From Octopus vulgaris (Eukaryota): a stretch of 64,000 nt of DNA. Of the stretch, positions 11,995-25,768 are shown piece by piece. The stretch is from positions 163,618,001-163,682,000 of the forward strand of contig OX597815.1 in NCBI GenBank assembly GCA_951406725.2, written 5' to 3'. The notes beneath the pieces were generated by a model. It was not told the origin of the DNA and ran no database searches. It saw only the letters and a list, made by a program, of their open reading frames with translations. The position numbers and the translations under genes were made by a program. Positions within the stretch are counted from its first letter, which is position 1. Every line of letters begins with the position of its first letter.

Positions 11995-12292
11995 TATATG
12001 GATTCTTGTATCCGTGTATACATGTAGTAATGCATGTATGTTATATATGCATGCATGTGTGTATCTATGTTCGTTTGGTTAAGTAAATTGCTGAAAATCT
12101 CTTAGTAATCATAATGAACTTTTCGGATTCTGTGTCTGTATCTGTTTGTTTTATATAATAGGGCGTGAAGTAGGTTTAATTAATTTCCTATAGTGAGGGC
12201 AGAAAAGAAAGGTTAATTGAGTTTTCGGTTACACGTGTGACACTCTTCATGCGAGAAAGAGAGTGAGGGTGAGAGAGATGGGGAAGAGAGAG

Positions 12293-12329
<37 letters not shown>

Positions 12330-14281
12330 GAAGAGAGAAAGAGAAATGTTAAAATAATGTAAGTGTTAGCGTCTTAGTATGCCAGTGGGACATATGCAAA
12401 TTGACCTATTGATCTGGTCGTGTCGGCAATTACTTTCCAGAAGCGCTGTTACTGGCTGTTGTTTTAATGTTATGTGCATTTATGCTAAAAGCAATGAGAG
12501 CTATAGAAATGTGTCATAAATTTCAGTCTATTTTGCTTGCAAATTTGGTTATTTCTGTAGGTTGTTAAAATTAATTTCTTACTAATTGGAAGTTTTATTT
12601 TTGGGCCATGCGCAAATATGTCTGGGTTTATTGAATAATGTGGGTGTCTACTATTGATTTTAAATTTGGTTATTTCTATAGTCTATTAAAATCAATTTCT
12701 TACATATTGCGACATGTTCTACCTCTGTGTCTCTGCAAATTTATTAAATAATATTAGTGACTTATCAATGCTAGATATTTATGCAAAGGAGTCTACCACA
12801 AATGTTGTATCGCAACTTAAAACTGAAGACACTTCATTGCATTGAATTAGGTTCGTGAAATTTTACTTCCTTATAAAACATGCGGACGACGGTATGCATC
12901 TAGGTGCTTAACCTGACATTAGTAGAAAACAAAAGTACATAGCATAATGTAGTCCCAGATAGGTTAAAAGATGAGATAGTCATGGATGAAGAGCCATTAA
13001 AATTAGTTTTGTATTAATGTTGACAAAGAGTAAAGTAACGAAAGAACCCTGATGACGCTAGCAGCACTACACATGTCAAAGAATCACATATACAGTTACC
13101 TGACTTGTTAGAAAGGGCAAAAGAATTTTCCCAAAGTAACACCTTGTCTCTTTTAAACGAAGGACTCATAATGTAATTCTAGATACAATATTTCAAGTTT
13201 GCAAACCTATGATTAGAATCTTTAGCCCAAAATCCTTTGGTCGTGGGTTCGATTCAGGGATCGTGTGGTGTGTATGTATCCTTGAAACAAGACATTTGAT
13301 TTCAAGTTATTCCATTATGCTCAGATGAAAACGAATATCAACTGCACTAGTTCAGGAGACGTCTTGTTTTTTCTACTTAAAACTCCTTGAACATCCGAAA
13401 CCATCTCCGTGAACCTGTAGAATGCACTATGTCTAAAAGATAAAGGAGGTATATTTCGACAGATTTATCACTTACAAAGAGAAGGTATAGCAGCTTCTCC
13501 ATTTCAGCAATTTGGGGGAGGTGGCGGGTCTCCAAGACCTGACCACTTGAAGAAAGTTATCAGTTATGTTTAAGTAGATGAATTTTGTCTAGCTCGCAGA
13601 AATAGAATTGGCCTTATCGACGGACCTCCACAGAATATCTGTCAGCCAAATTTCATTAACAAGGTTCTAGCCAACTTGAAGATATGGTAGAAGACACCTG
13701 TTTAATGTACCGCACAGAAGGCGTGTAACTGAAACCAGATATTTTCCGATGCGACATTTTAAATTAAGAAGCTACTGAGATGTCTTTGATGAAGAGTCTA
13801 CAGAATTAGAGCTGAAATGGTGTCAAAAAGGTAACTTTATGATTTGGCCACAAAGTCAACAGTTTTCAGAGAAAAGTGTTAATCTATAAAATTGCCACTG
13901 ATACTTGACTGGGACTTTATTTTATCGACCCTATGAAGATTAAACGCGAAGAACATTCCGGCAGTATTTCAACTCGGATTAGAATGAGGATACCTTAAGG
14001 CATCTTGACCAACGCGTTATAAATTCTACCGCGTTTGCTGATGTCAAGATAATTGTTTCTAGCTTAGGCAGACGGCCAGCTAATGTTAGGCAGCTAATGT
14101 TAGGCATGGTTTCTAATTTAGGCATTAGGCCGTTAGTTTTGAACGAAAGGGAATTAATCAATGCCATCGAATCCAATATAAAACAAGAACAACAGCAAAT
14201 GAGATGTTGGCAATTACAAATCAATCAGGAAGAGAAAATGCTGGAACAGAAAGCAGAAAAGTACTAAAATACTTACTCTCT

Positions 14282-14334
<53 letters not shown>

Positions 14335-15048
14335 AAGTAGAATAATTTATCTCAGACTAAGAGCCTATGTCGGGAATTTTATACGTCGTCATTTATGTAC
14401 AGCTGGGACCGTTACTTTGATACTTAAATACTTAGCTTATTTTCACAGAACAGCTAATAAGCAGACGCACCAGTTAAATAAATTAGTAACCTACGCATTG
14501 CTTTCATACAATCTTTCGTTTAATTGTATTTAGAGAAATAAGGGAAATATTGCGTTTAGATGAAATAGGAGCTAGGGATAAAATGAAACATCGCTGTCGC
14601 TTAAAAGTTACCTTATTTTACCCTAGTTATTTCTATGTGAAAGTGGTAATTTCCAAGCCTTTACAAGAGATTATCAGCTGTCGTAGCACACTTACTCACA
14701 CTTATACATATGCAGTTATGCTAATGTCTAAATCTTATAATAATTCTGCTTGTCATGACGTTACTTAGCCCGTCCGTAACACTTTCACGTGGTTAGAGAA
14801 AAAGAGAGAGAAAGTGAAGAAAGAGGGAGAGAAAAAAGTGGGTGAGAGAAGCGTTCATGACGTGAGGTAGAGAGAACGTAATTGTAACACATTCAGGTGA
14901 TTAGTTGAAGAGAAAGAGAGAACAAGAGAAAGAAAAAGGAGAGGGAAAAGAGGATAAGGCGAAGATTGAAGCGGAGAAAGAAAGAAAAAACGAAGAAAGA
15001 AGCGTTCATGACATGTGGTAGGGAGAACGTAATATTTATTACGTGGTT

Positions 15049-15848
15049 GGTGGCAAGCTGGCAGAAACGTTAGCACGCCGGGCGAAATACGTAGTCGTAT
15101 TTCGTCTGGCGTTACGTTCTGAGATCAAATTCCGCCGAGGTCGACTTAGCCTTTCATCCTTTCGGGGTCGATTAAATAAGTACCAGTTACACACTGGGGT
15201 CGATATAATCGACTTAATCCGTTTGTCTGTCCTTGTTTGTCCTCTCTGTGTTTAGCCCCTTGTGGGTAGTAAAGAAATAGAAATAGGCATTTCTTCTGCC
15301 GCTACATTCTGAGTTCAAATTCCGCTGAGGTCGACTTTGCTTTTCATTCTTTCGGGGTCGATTAAATAAGTAGCAGTTAGGCACTGGGGTCGATATAATC
15401 GACTTAATCCGTTTGTCTGTCCTTGTTTGTCCTCTCTGTGTTTAGCCCCTTGTGGGTAGTAAAGAAATAGAAATAGGCATTTCGTCTGCCGCTACGTTCT
15501 GAGTTCAAATTCCGCTGAGGTCGACTTTGCTTTTCATTCTTTCGGGGTCGATTAAATAAGTAGCAGTTAGGCACTGGGGTCGATATAATCGACTTAATCC
15601 GTTTGTCTATCCTTGTTTGTCCCCTCTGTGGGTAGTAAAGAAATAGGTATTTCATCTGTCTTTACGTTCTGAGTTCAAATTCCGCCAAAGTTGACTTTGC
15701 CTTGTGGGTAGTAAAGAAATAGGTATTTCGTGTCTTTACGCTCTGAGTTCAAATTCCACCGAGGACGACTTTGTCTTTCATCCTTTCGGGGTCGATAAAT
15801 TAAGTACCAGTTTCATACTGGATCAATTTAATCGACTGTCCCCTCCGA
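15049..15848 (+). mobile_element. SINE family B, full head followed by a tandem array of headless units (~190-bp period)
   Basis: A-box-like TGGCAGAAACGTTAG, B-box GAGTTCAAATTC and central GCCTTTCATCCTTTCGGGGTCGAT..TAAGTACCAG (resembles the Meta/MESC SINE domain, from memory). Units are rejoined at gaaatag|g(c/t)atttc. Confidence 0.88.
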
Positions 15849-15865
15849 AAAAGATAGAGAGGATG

Positions 15866-15968
15866 TGATGGTGGTTGTGGTGGTGGTGGTAGTGGTGGTA
15901 GTGGTTGTGGTGGTGGTGGTGGTGGTGGTGGTGGTGGTGGTGGTGGTGGTTGTGGTTGTGGAGGTGGT
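15866..15968. repeat. (GGT)n microsatellite
   Basis: Directly visible. Confidence 0.95.
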
Positions 15969-16052
15969 CATGGTGAGCGCATAGGGAAAAGTAATTTTTT
16001 TTATTGAACTAAGTTTTTTTTTATATCACCTATCATTTAACGCATGCGCATC

Positions 16053-16320
16053 CCAAACTTGCCATTCACTTTAGAAATAAATCAGTTTCCCGTTCGCCTG
16101 TCATACATTGATTATCAATAAATCACAAGAGTAGACATTTGATAAAGTAGGGCTGTTCTTGCCTCATCCTGTATTCCGCCATGGTCAGCTATGTGTTGCA
16201 TTCTCAAGGGTTCCCAAATTATTTGATGTGAGAGTTGAAGTTATCAACACTGACAAACAAGGGAGAAGAAGAGGGAGAACTTACACGAATAACATAGTCT
16301 GCAAAGAAGTTTTGGATTGA
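16053..16320 (+). pseudogene. Helitron RepHel Pif1-family helicase C-terminal remnant
   Basis: Manual translation gives PNLPFTLEINQFPVRLSY, a frameshift, then IINKSQE*TFDKVGLFLPHPVFRHGQLCVAFSRVPKLFDVRVEV...TNNIVCKEVLD*. This matches Pif1 motifs V/VI (TINKSQGQT, HGQLYVAFSR) and the typical Helitron terminal NIVYKEVL. Confidence 0.92.
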
Positions 16321-16797
16321 AAGGTGTACGCAAATTGAAATGTGTATTGGCTCTGAGCCATCGCCTTGGCTTGTAAGTTACCAATGATATGGTTTTCTGA
16401 GTAAGCTATGTTGCATTAAATTTTTACCCCCTATATTTTACATATAAAATAATTTTTTACTATCAAATTTTTGTGTTCTACATATGAAATTGTGAGCATG
16501 TAAATTTTAAAATGTAATTTTTTTCTCTTTATGGGAAAAATGGAAAAATAAGAGTGAATATTTATTGTATGAGTGCTGTCTATAAAATTGTATATAAAAG
16601 TATATAAAGTAAACATATAAAGTGCATTAAGTAATCATTGTATTCCAATATCCTTCATTTTCAATGAATAGCAGGTGAGCGACTATCATTTGATACAGAC
16701 AACACAAGCAACGCTTTCAAGTTTTTTCGATGAAGTTTTCAGGAATAACCCAATAAGTTTACTATTAATTCCGTCAAATATTCAGGGGTCCTGCTAG
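16053..16797 (+). mobile_element. Helitron 3' portion ending at CTAG|T
   Basis: The helicase remnant is followed ~470 bp later by a degenerate hairpin (ccgtcaaatattcagggg) and ctgCTAG-t at 16794-16798. The 5' boundary is undetermined. Confidence 0.6.
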
Positions 16798-17084
16798 TAT
16801 ATTATAAAACGTATTTTCTCCTTCAGGTTATGAATATATTTAATTGTATCTTTATTAATTTTATGTTGAATTTATTCGTTAATCAGCATGTCTGTATATT
16901 TAATGCAGTTTCGATATTTTATTTGATTTAATATCAACGAATCTCGTTCAGTACTTAATGTATATCGTGGCCATTTACTACTTTCAGGTGGAAAATCTTT
17001 GCAATAACTTACACATTTTTAATCTGCCACTAACAGATTGAATTTGGAAAATGCACGTCAGTTTCTTTTACTCTTGTTTGTATG

Positions 17085-17278
17085 TATGTGTGTTTTGTTT
17101 CATGTATATATTCTCCTAAATATAGTTGCATGTCTAGACATGCTCATATATACTTCAATTATAAACTTCTGGAAAGGTTTACAGACTTTTACAGTTCCAG
17201 ATATGGCTTCGATCTATAGTCTTCGAATCAACTTTCTCTTTTCCAGTTTTTAGAAACCTAATTTCTCACGACTGGTAT
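17085..17278 (+). repeat. Unclassified ~200-bp interspersed repeat (homolog at ~38585-38775)
   Basis: ctagacatgctcatat...ctggaaag.tttacaga.tttacagttccag..atggctt.gatctatagtcttcgaat is shared by both loci, and both adjoin (TATG)n. Confidence 0.7.
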
Positions 17279-17283
17279 TTAGG

Positions 17284-17317
<34 letters not shown>

Positions 17318-17744
17318 TGTATGTATGTATGTATGTATGTATGTATGTATGTATGTATGCATGCATGCATGTATGTATGTATGTTGGTAGGTAGGTAGGT
17401 AGGTATATGTCACGATGTATGTACACTATATATATACACATACATACATGTATGTATATATGCATATATTTAAGTATGCATGTACGTATGTATGTATGAA
17501 TGTATCTACGTACGTATATAAATACATAGATTTATGTATGTTAACATAATGCAAATATATATACATACATGCAAACACATATACATACACATATGTATAT
17601 GTGTGTGTGTGCATATATATATAAGTACGACATACAGGTAGAGATGTATTACTTGAACACATTGTCAGATTGTCAGAATTAGATCCTGTAGTCATTGGGT
17701 ATTTCTGATCTTACCGCATATACCCTTGACCAGCTGATTGAACG

Positions 17745-17888
17745 TAAGTGACTGTGTGATAAGAAGCTTGCTTCCCAACCACATGCTTCCGGGTTCAGTG
17801 CCACTTGGGCAAGTGTCTTCTACCGTAGTTTTGGGCCGACCAAAGCCTTCTGAGTGGATTTGGTAGACGGAAACTGAAAGAAGCCCAT
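17745..17888 (+). mobile_element. SINE family A, 5' half
   Basis: agaagcttgcttcccaaccacatg..ccgggttcagt...ttgggcaagtgtcttctac...gagtggatttggtagacggaaactgaaagaagccc. Confidence 0.85.
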
Positions 17889-17929
17889 CAAAATGTTCAT
17901 GAAAACCTGGTGTACATTTCTCACTCTTA

Positions 17930-19047
17930 TTTATTTGTTGCCCACAAGGGGCTAAACATAGAGGGGACAAACAAGGACAAACAAAGAGATTAAGTCGATT
18001 ACACCGACCCCAGTGTGTAACTGGTACTTAATTTATCATATTCTGTATTACACTGAATCTCCCTGAGAAATACCTATTTCTTTACTACCCACAAGGGGCT
18101 AAACACAGAGAGGACAAACAAGGACACCTAACGGATTAAGTCGATTATATCGACCCCAGTGCGTAACTGATAGTTATTTAATCGACTCCGAAAGGATGAA
18201 AGGCAAAGTCGACCTCGGCGGAATTTGAACTCAGAACGTAGCGGCAGACGAAACACCGCTAAGCATTTCGCCCGGCGTGCTAACGTTTCTGCCAGCTCGC
18301 CACATTTCTCACTCTTGCAACTCAAAGTAGAATGATTTTCTCCAATCTCTCAAATATTTCAGCACAAATATTCTAAAGTAACTGTGCTTTCGTCCCTAAA
18401 TCTTTTACCATTCCTTTCACAAAAATTTACTGGTATTGCCATAGGGCTTACATGAACAAGTGACACTAAAATCGGATTCAAACTTTAGTTCAGGGCCAGC
18501 AATTTCGGGGAAGGTGATAAGTCGCTTACATCGACCTCACTGCTCAACTGGTACTTATTTTATCGACCCTGAAGGAACGAAAGGTAAAGTGGACCTTGGC
18601 TGAATTTGAACTCAGAACGTAAAGATAGATGAAATGCTGTTAAGCGTTTTAGCCTGGAATACTAACGACTCAGCCTGATCGCCGTCTTCCACATACATTA
18701 TATATATATATAAACACATATAAAACATACATTATATCTATAAACACATATATACTCATATATGCATGTATGTATATCAATCTATATATTCATCTCTCTC
18801 TCTGTATACATACATACATACATACATAACTTAGGCTTTAAACTTTTTCACAATGCTAGCAATTTCGCGGAAAACGATAAGTCGATTTCATCGACCCCAC
18901 CGCCTAACTGGTACTGATTTTATCGATTCCAAAAGGCTGAAAGGCAAAGCTGACCTCGGCGGAGTTTGAACTCAGAACTTAAAAGACGGGCGAATTGCCA
19001 CTAAGCAGTTTGCTCGGCGTGCCAATAAATCTGCCTGCTTGGCGATT
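17930..19047 (-). mobile_element. Cluster of four SINE family B copies or fragments (17930-18038, 18067-18301, ~18495-18688, ~18830-19047)
   Basis: Reverse complements of the family B body (gaatttgaactcagaacgt, atcgacccc, ctggtact). Confidence 0.85.
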
Positions 19048-19562
19048 TCACATACAAATATATACATTAAAATGCATCTATACAGCGTTTACATATTTTG
19101 TGTTTGTGTATATTTGTGCGTTCGTCTGTTTTGCACCGTGTAGTTAAACGTATTTGTGCATATGCATGTGTATGCATGTATTATGTATAAGAGTGTTTGC
19201 AAGTCACTGCTTTCATATTAATTTTGAGGAACTTAACACAGCAATTTTTAACTTCGGAAATGAATGCAACAAATTTTAGAGTTCATCGTAACAAGATTTC
19301 TGCTGTCTCGTTACACAAGAAGTCATTGCCTTGCTAACGAAGCCAGAAAAGAAAATGGCCAACAGATATTAAACGTCATATGTAGAAATAAATGAAAGGT
19401 TGTTACACTCACTAACACTCACATGTACACAAGCACGAATAAACACCCACTCACGTATGCCACATATATACGGATATGTATATGTATATATGTATATATA
19501 TATATATATATAATATGAAACATTTTAATAGAAATGTATGTATGTATATATATATATCTTTA

Positions 19563-19641
<79 letters not shown>

Positions 19642-19701
19642 ATACATATATGCATGTCAATCTATCTATTCATCTCTCTCGCTTTCTCTCTCTCTCTATA
19701 T

Positions 19702-19756
<55 letters not shown>

Positions 19757-19795
19757 ATTATATTATATAATATATATAAACATGTATATATACAC

Positions 19796-20002
19796 ACTCT
19801 TTTTTTCACGTTTCAATACTTTGACTGCGGCCATGCTGGAGCACCGCCTTTAGTCAAAGAAATCAGCCTCAGGACTTTTTTGTATGCCTACTACATGTTT
19901 TATCGGTCTATAATATAGATACTTGCCCAAGGTGTCACGCAGTGGGACTGAATCTGGAGCCATGTGGGTGGGAAGCAAGCTTCTTACCACACAGCCACGC
20001 CT
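19796..20002 (-). mobile_element. Internally deleted SINE family A copy (~205 bp)
   Basis: Head and 3' tail are joined at tattatagaccgat; the same junction occurs in 20601-20808. Confidence 0.8.
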
Positions 20003-20067
20003 ATATATATAATATATATATATATATATATTATATATAATAATATATAATAATAATAATAATAATA

Positions 20068-20129
<62 letters not shown>

Positions 20130-20141
20130 CTATATATACAA

Positions 20142-20600
20142 GCGCAGGAGTTGCTGTGTGGTAAGTAGCTTGTTTACAAACCACATGGTTCCGGGTTCAG
20201 TCCCACTAGGAGTGGCTGTGTGGTAAGTAGCCTGTTTACAAACCACATGGTTCCGGGTTCAGTCCCACTGCGTGGCACCTTGGGCAAGTGTCTTCTACTA
20301 CAGCCTCGGGCCGAACAAAAACCTTGTGAGTGGATTTGGTAGACGGAAACTGAAAGAAGCCCGTCGTATATATGTATATATATACGTGTGTGTGTTTGTG
20401 TATCTGTGATTGTCCCCCTAGCATTGCTTGACAACCGATGCTGGTGTGTTTATGTCTCCGTTACCTAGCGGTTCGGCAAAAGAGACCGATAGAATAAGTA
20501 CTGGGCTTACAAAAGAATAAGTCCCGGGGTCGAATTGCTCGATTAAAGGCGGTGCTCCAGCATGGCCACAGTCAAATGACTGAAACAAGTAAAAGAGTAA
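20142..20600 (+). mobile_element. Full-length SINE family A with a duplicated 62-bp tRNA-like head
   Basis: A-box TGGCTGTGTGG, B-box GGGTTCAGTCCC, CORE-like CACCTTGGGCAAGTGTCTT, an internal TA/TG microsatellite and the tail ggcggtgctccagcatggccacagtcaaatgactgaaacaagtaaaagagtaa. The head is repeated at 20146 and 20208. Confidence 0.92.
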
Positions 20601-20808
20601 GGCGTGGCTGTGTTGTAGGAAGCTTGCTTCCGAACCACATGTTTCCGGATTCAGTCCCACTGCATGGCACCTTGGGCAAGTGGCTTCTATTATAGACTGA
20701 TGGAAAAAGTACTAGGCTTACAAGGAATAAGTCCTGGGGACGATTTCTTCGACTAAAGGCGGTGCTCCAGTATGACCGAGGTCAAATGACTGAAACGTGA
20801 AAAAAGAG
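20601..20808 (+). mobile_element. Internally deleted SINE family A copy
   Basis: Head joined directly to tail; ends gaaacgtgaaaaaagag like the inverted copy at 19796-20002. Confidence 0.8.
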
Positions 20809-21612
<804 letters not shown>

Positions 21613-22154
21613 AACAGAAAGAAATGAAAAAGTCGCGTAAACGTACATTTGTTCCCCAGCACTTATGCGGCATGCAGACGTAATTTTCCCTTACCACTTG
21701 GCTTGTGTGTTTGTCTGGGAGTCTGGGAGTACCTATGTGCATGTATATTCACATAGGCGTGTGAACTCACGTATTTCTCTATCTACCCAGCTATTTGTGT
21801 TGCTGTGTGTCTGTGTGAGTGCACGCACATCACTTTTCGTTCATGCGTTATGTGCTGGTTAAACAATACAATTATGAAAAAATAAGTCAATAAATAAACA
21901 AAAAAACTGTCTGTCGTGCGTCAGTCCTAAAATGAAACTAAAATATAATTATTGATATTTGTCATAATTGTTTTCGAATATCCATCCGCCGTTAGAAATT
22001 CAACAGATTATAGATGTAACTTATGTTTACTGATTAAAATGATCCGAATTTATATCTGAACATGCTTGTATATGTGGTATATATCTATCTATCACTATAT
22101 ATGGGCTGGTGTGAGTATTCCTATATATAAATATATCATATATATGAGTGCATG

Positions 22155-22237
<83 letters not shown>

Positions 22238-23460
22238 GTCTCAGTTTACCAGTCTCTTGCTTTTGTGCACATTTGTTTGCTTACTTTGTTGTTTTAAACC
22301 TGGTACTATTTTATCACTATCTTTTGCCGAACCTCTAACGTTAAAGAAAAAAACCAACACCAGTTGTCAAGCGGTGGTGAGAGACAAATACACACAAAAA
22401 CAAAATCAAAAGAAAGATCAAAATAAAGATACAGTGTTGCAGTACCATCATCTGTAGTTTACGAGAGGAGAGTTCAAACACACACACACACACACACATA
22501 TATATCTTATTCAACTATGGTAGTAGTTGAATAATATTCTTAAGGCCGCAATTTACTCACACGCAATACATTTCAGAGCTTATTGCTAATCCAGTTATTA
22601 ACCAAATTGAAAACTGTTAGCATTCTTGAAGACGGCTGGTTCGTAACTACATTTTGGCACAAAAAAAAAACTTGAGATTTGATCCGGTAGAAAAAAAGTT
22701 TACATCAAAATTTGTAACAGCGTTTTAGGAGAGTAAGTAACGCCACCAATCAAGAATAGATAAGACTTATTTTTATTTTAAAAGCAAATTACATTTATCT
22801 TAGATTCAATGACAGAAGAAAGCATGAAGAATTTTATAGTTTTGGTCCCATGCAACAAAAATTTGTATTAAAAAAGTTGTTAGGTAAAATAACATGAAAA
22901 AATATAAGTAATGCAAAAAATTGGATACAAGAATAATTAACTGTTTTATTTTAACAACAAACTATATTTTATTTAAGCTTACATTAAGAGCTCAATTCGA
23001 GGAATTTTATGATATCAATCTCATGCAATGAAGTTATAAAAAAATTTTATGAGTGTTTTTTCTCAAATTTGAGGGTGATAATATAGTCCTATACATTTCT
23101 ATAGATATAGTTCTATAAGGGAACATTTGTATATGTCACCGGCGTCATTGAGGTAGGGAAAAATATTATCAACGACACCGCTAATTGACACATTTGACAC
23201 ATTATCAATTAGCATAATAATAGCATAGCCTGGAAAAAACATAGATTACATGGAAAAAATGCGAGCAAGAGAAATAAAATTCTTAAGATTATAAACCTGG
23301 AAAATTACAGGACATTGCATTTAGGACATCCAGTAAAAAGTTCCAAAGTAAGACAATAGTGAAACGTACGTAGGAACAAATAATGTAAAGTAACTTTTGT
23401 TTATCGTAATTTTTCCTACATTTGCTCTGTAATTCCAAACTAGTAATACTACTAAACCCG

Positions 23461-23675
23461 CTGTAATTTCATCGTTGAGGAATATCATCGCAAGGCAATT
23501 TTGATGCCGTATATAAACATCATCAATGAATTAATCGCAGATAATTAACTCACGTTAAATAATCGTCTGTAATTTCATTGCTGCGTAATATCATCGCAAG
23601 GTAATTCACTTTACGTGTTAATACATCGTCAATAAATTCAATGTAATGTAATTACAATACATGAATAATATCGCT
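23461..23675. repeat. Degenerate tandem repeat, ~106-bp period
   Basis: ctgtaatttcat.g.tg.g.aatatcatcgcaagg.aatt occurs at 23461 and 23567. Confidence 0.7.
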
Positions 23676-24511
23676 TGCGTTCTCTAAGATAACGTCGTCA
23701 TATTTTTTAGACAGAGAGTAACTATATCATTAAATATTATTTACAGTTATTTACTCGCCATTATTTGAGGCTTTTTACAGGCATTTCATTAAAAACAAAA
23801 AGAAATTTAAAGAGAAATAATTCTATTCTTGGATCTAGAAATCTTTTGAAAAGTCATCAAAGTGGAACAAAAAAAATTTTTAAATATTGTAGGAGCAAAT
23901 AATCTACCTTGCACAAAGAATTCAACGTATTGTCAATGAATATTAAAATCGCGAAATACTGGATTATTAAAGAGTCTTTGCTCATTGTCTTTTAGAATAT
24001 TTCATTCTTCCTTTTATTTGCAATCGTGTTTTTTTTAATTGTATTATTTTCTGGGTTTATTTTTAGAAAAGTTACTTTGCTTTTTTCTCCATGTATATTT
24101 TTATTGAGAAAATTCAACATTAATGATTTTTTTTGTCATTGAATTTCATTTCCACAGTTATTAATATACAACGAATCTACGAATAAATATTTTAAAATAA
24201 TGTTGAGAGATGTATTTACTCTACGTATAAAAAGTATGATGATGAATTCCCAGCCGATATATTGTCTCACGGTGAAATATCATGATGATGAAACTACCCT
24301 TTCACGATTCCTGCTAGTAGTGTGTTGTGAAATGAACTCGAGCTACAGCGTATTTGTCTCGAATATATATTGGTTGATTGTTATGATTCTAGAGTATGAC
24401 GGGTAAGATACTGAACATCCATATTCAAAAGAAAAACACAAGCTTAAAGCTGCAGGGTGTGAAACTGATAGCAATCATTATTCCTTGAGTAATATCGTAT
24501 TTTGGATGAAA

Positions 24512-24725
24512 GTGGTGAACTGGCAGAATTGTTAGCACGCAGGGTAAAATGATTAGTGGCATTTCGTCTGTCTCTACGTTCTGAGTTCAAATTTCGTGGA
24601 GGTCAACCTTGTCGTTCATCCTTTGGGATTGATAAAATAAGTACAAACTGAGCACTGGAGCTGACGCAGTCGACTTACCACTCACCCAACCCAAGGTTGG
24701 TGGTCTTGTTCCAAATTTTAAGATC
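24512..24725 (+). mobile_element. Diverged SINE family B copy
   Basis: gaactggcagaattgttagcacgc...ctacgttctgagttcaaattt...gataaaataagtac. Confidence 0.8.
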
Positions 24726-25385
24726 AATTTTTTATTTTGTATTGTAAAATCCTATGTCATATTATTTAAATATGAATGGTTTGATATTTCATGATCCATG
24801 ATCACTACATATATGCATGTGTGTGTGTGTGTGTGGGTGGGGTTGGTGTACAATATATATATATGTATAATTCCATCACATCATCACCCTCTCTTTCTCA
24901 TTTTCTCTCACACATTCTCTCGCCCGCTCTCTTATTCTCTCTCTTTCTCTGTCTCCCTGCCTCTCCAATCCCTATTCCTTAACTCAGAACCTTGACACAC
25001 ACTCTCCATGAGAACCTGTAAGGAACTTCACTTTTTCTCAAAAAAAAAAATTTCCTATTATTTTTACGTGCGTGAGAATGCAAGCACACGTATCTCCGCG
25101 TGTGCGTGCACGTATATGCATTTGTGTGTGTATATGCCTACTCAAATAATTTGCATAGACTTCATGAAATCGTATCTTACATGTGTGTGTGTGTGTAGAT
25201 GTTTGTACATCTGAATGATTATGCGTATGAAGTTGAATTAGTGTGTATATCTACCGAGTGTTTGTGATAAGGTAGCTTTTACAAGACAAAACGAGTTGCC
25301 TCCCTCTCTTAACCACCGTTATTACCACCTGATTTAGGTTTACCTTTTTATCTGGTTTCAGTTTTCATACATACATCCTCTTTTA

Positions 25386-25768
25386 TCTCTCTCTATATAA
25401 ACGGCAGTTTGTCTGTGCGTGTTTCTGTGTGTCTGTTTGCTTGTACCCTACCCTGACCACGGCTTTCAACCGATTCTGATGAAACTTGACACACACATAG
25501 CCCAATGTCATAATTCAAAACTAACGCAGCGAAAATTTTGAAAAGTTCCCCCACTTCTGAAAAAAATCGATAAATTCGACATGGGGTCGAGAATTAGAAA
25601 CACAAACCGCAAACTGTCTAGGGGATGCAACTCCACCTTTTTTTACTCTCAAAAAAAATTTACCATCATTTTTTTCCATTTTTTTGCTATTTTTTGGCTA
25701 TAACTCTCTAAAAATGCTTTATAGTTATTTCCCTTACAAACCTGAGCAACGCCGGGCGATACTGCTAG
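25386..25768 (+). mobile_element. Non-autonomous Helitron (same family as 11622-11994)
   Basis: A|TC start at 25386 and subterminal hairpin plus CTAG|T end at 25765-25769. Confidence 0.85.

Noticed and set aside
15049-15848. Regular repeats superficially like a CRISPR array
   Set aside because: Units are ~190-bp SINE bodies without unique spacers, there are no cas genes and the context is eukaryotic.
20142-20270. tRNA genes at SINE heads
   Set aside because: A and B boxes are present but there is no complete cloverleaf, and each continues into a SINE body.
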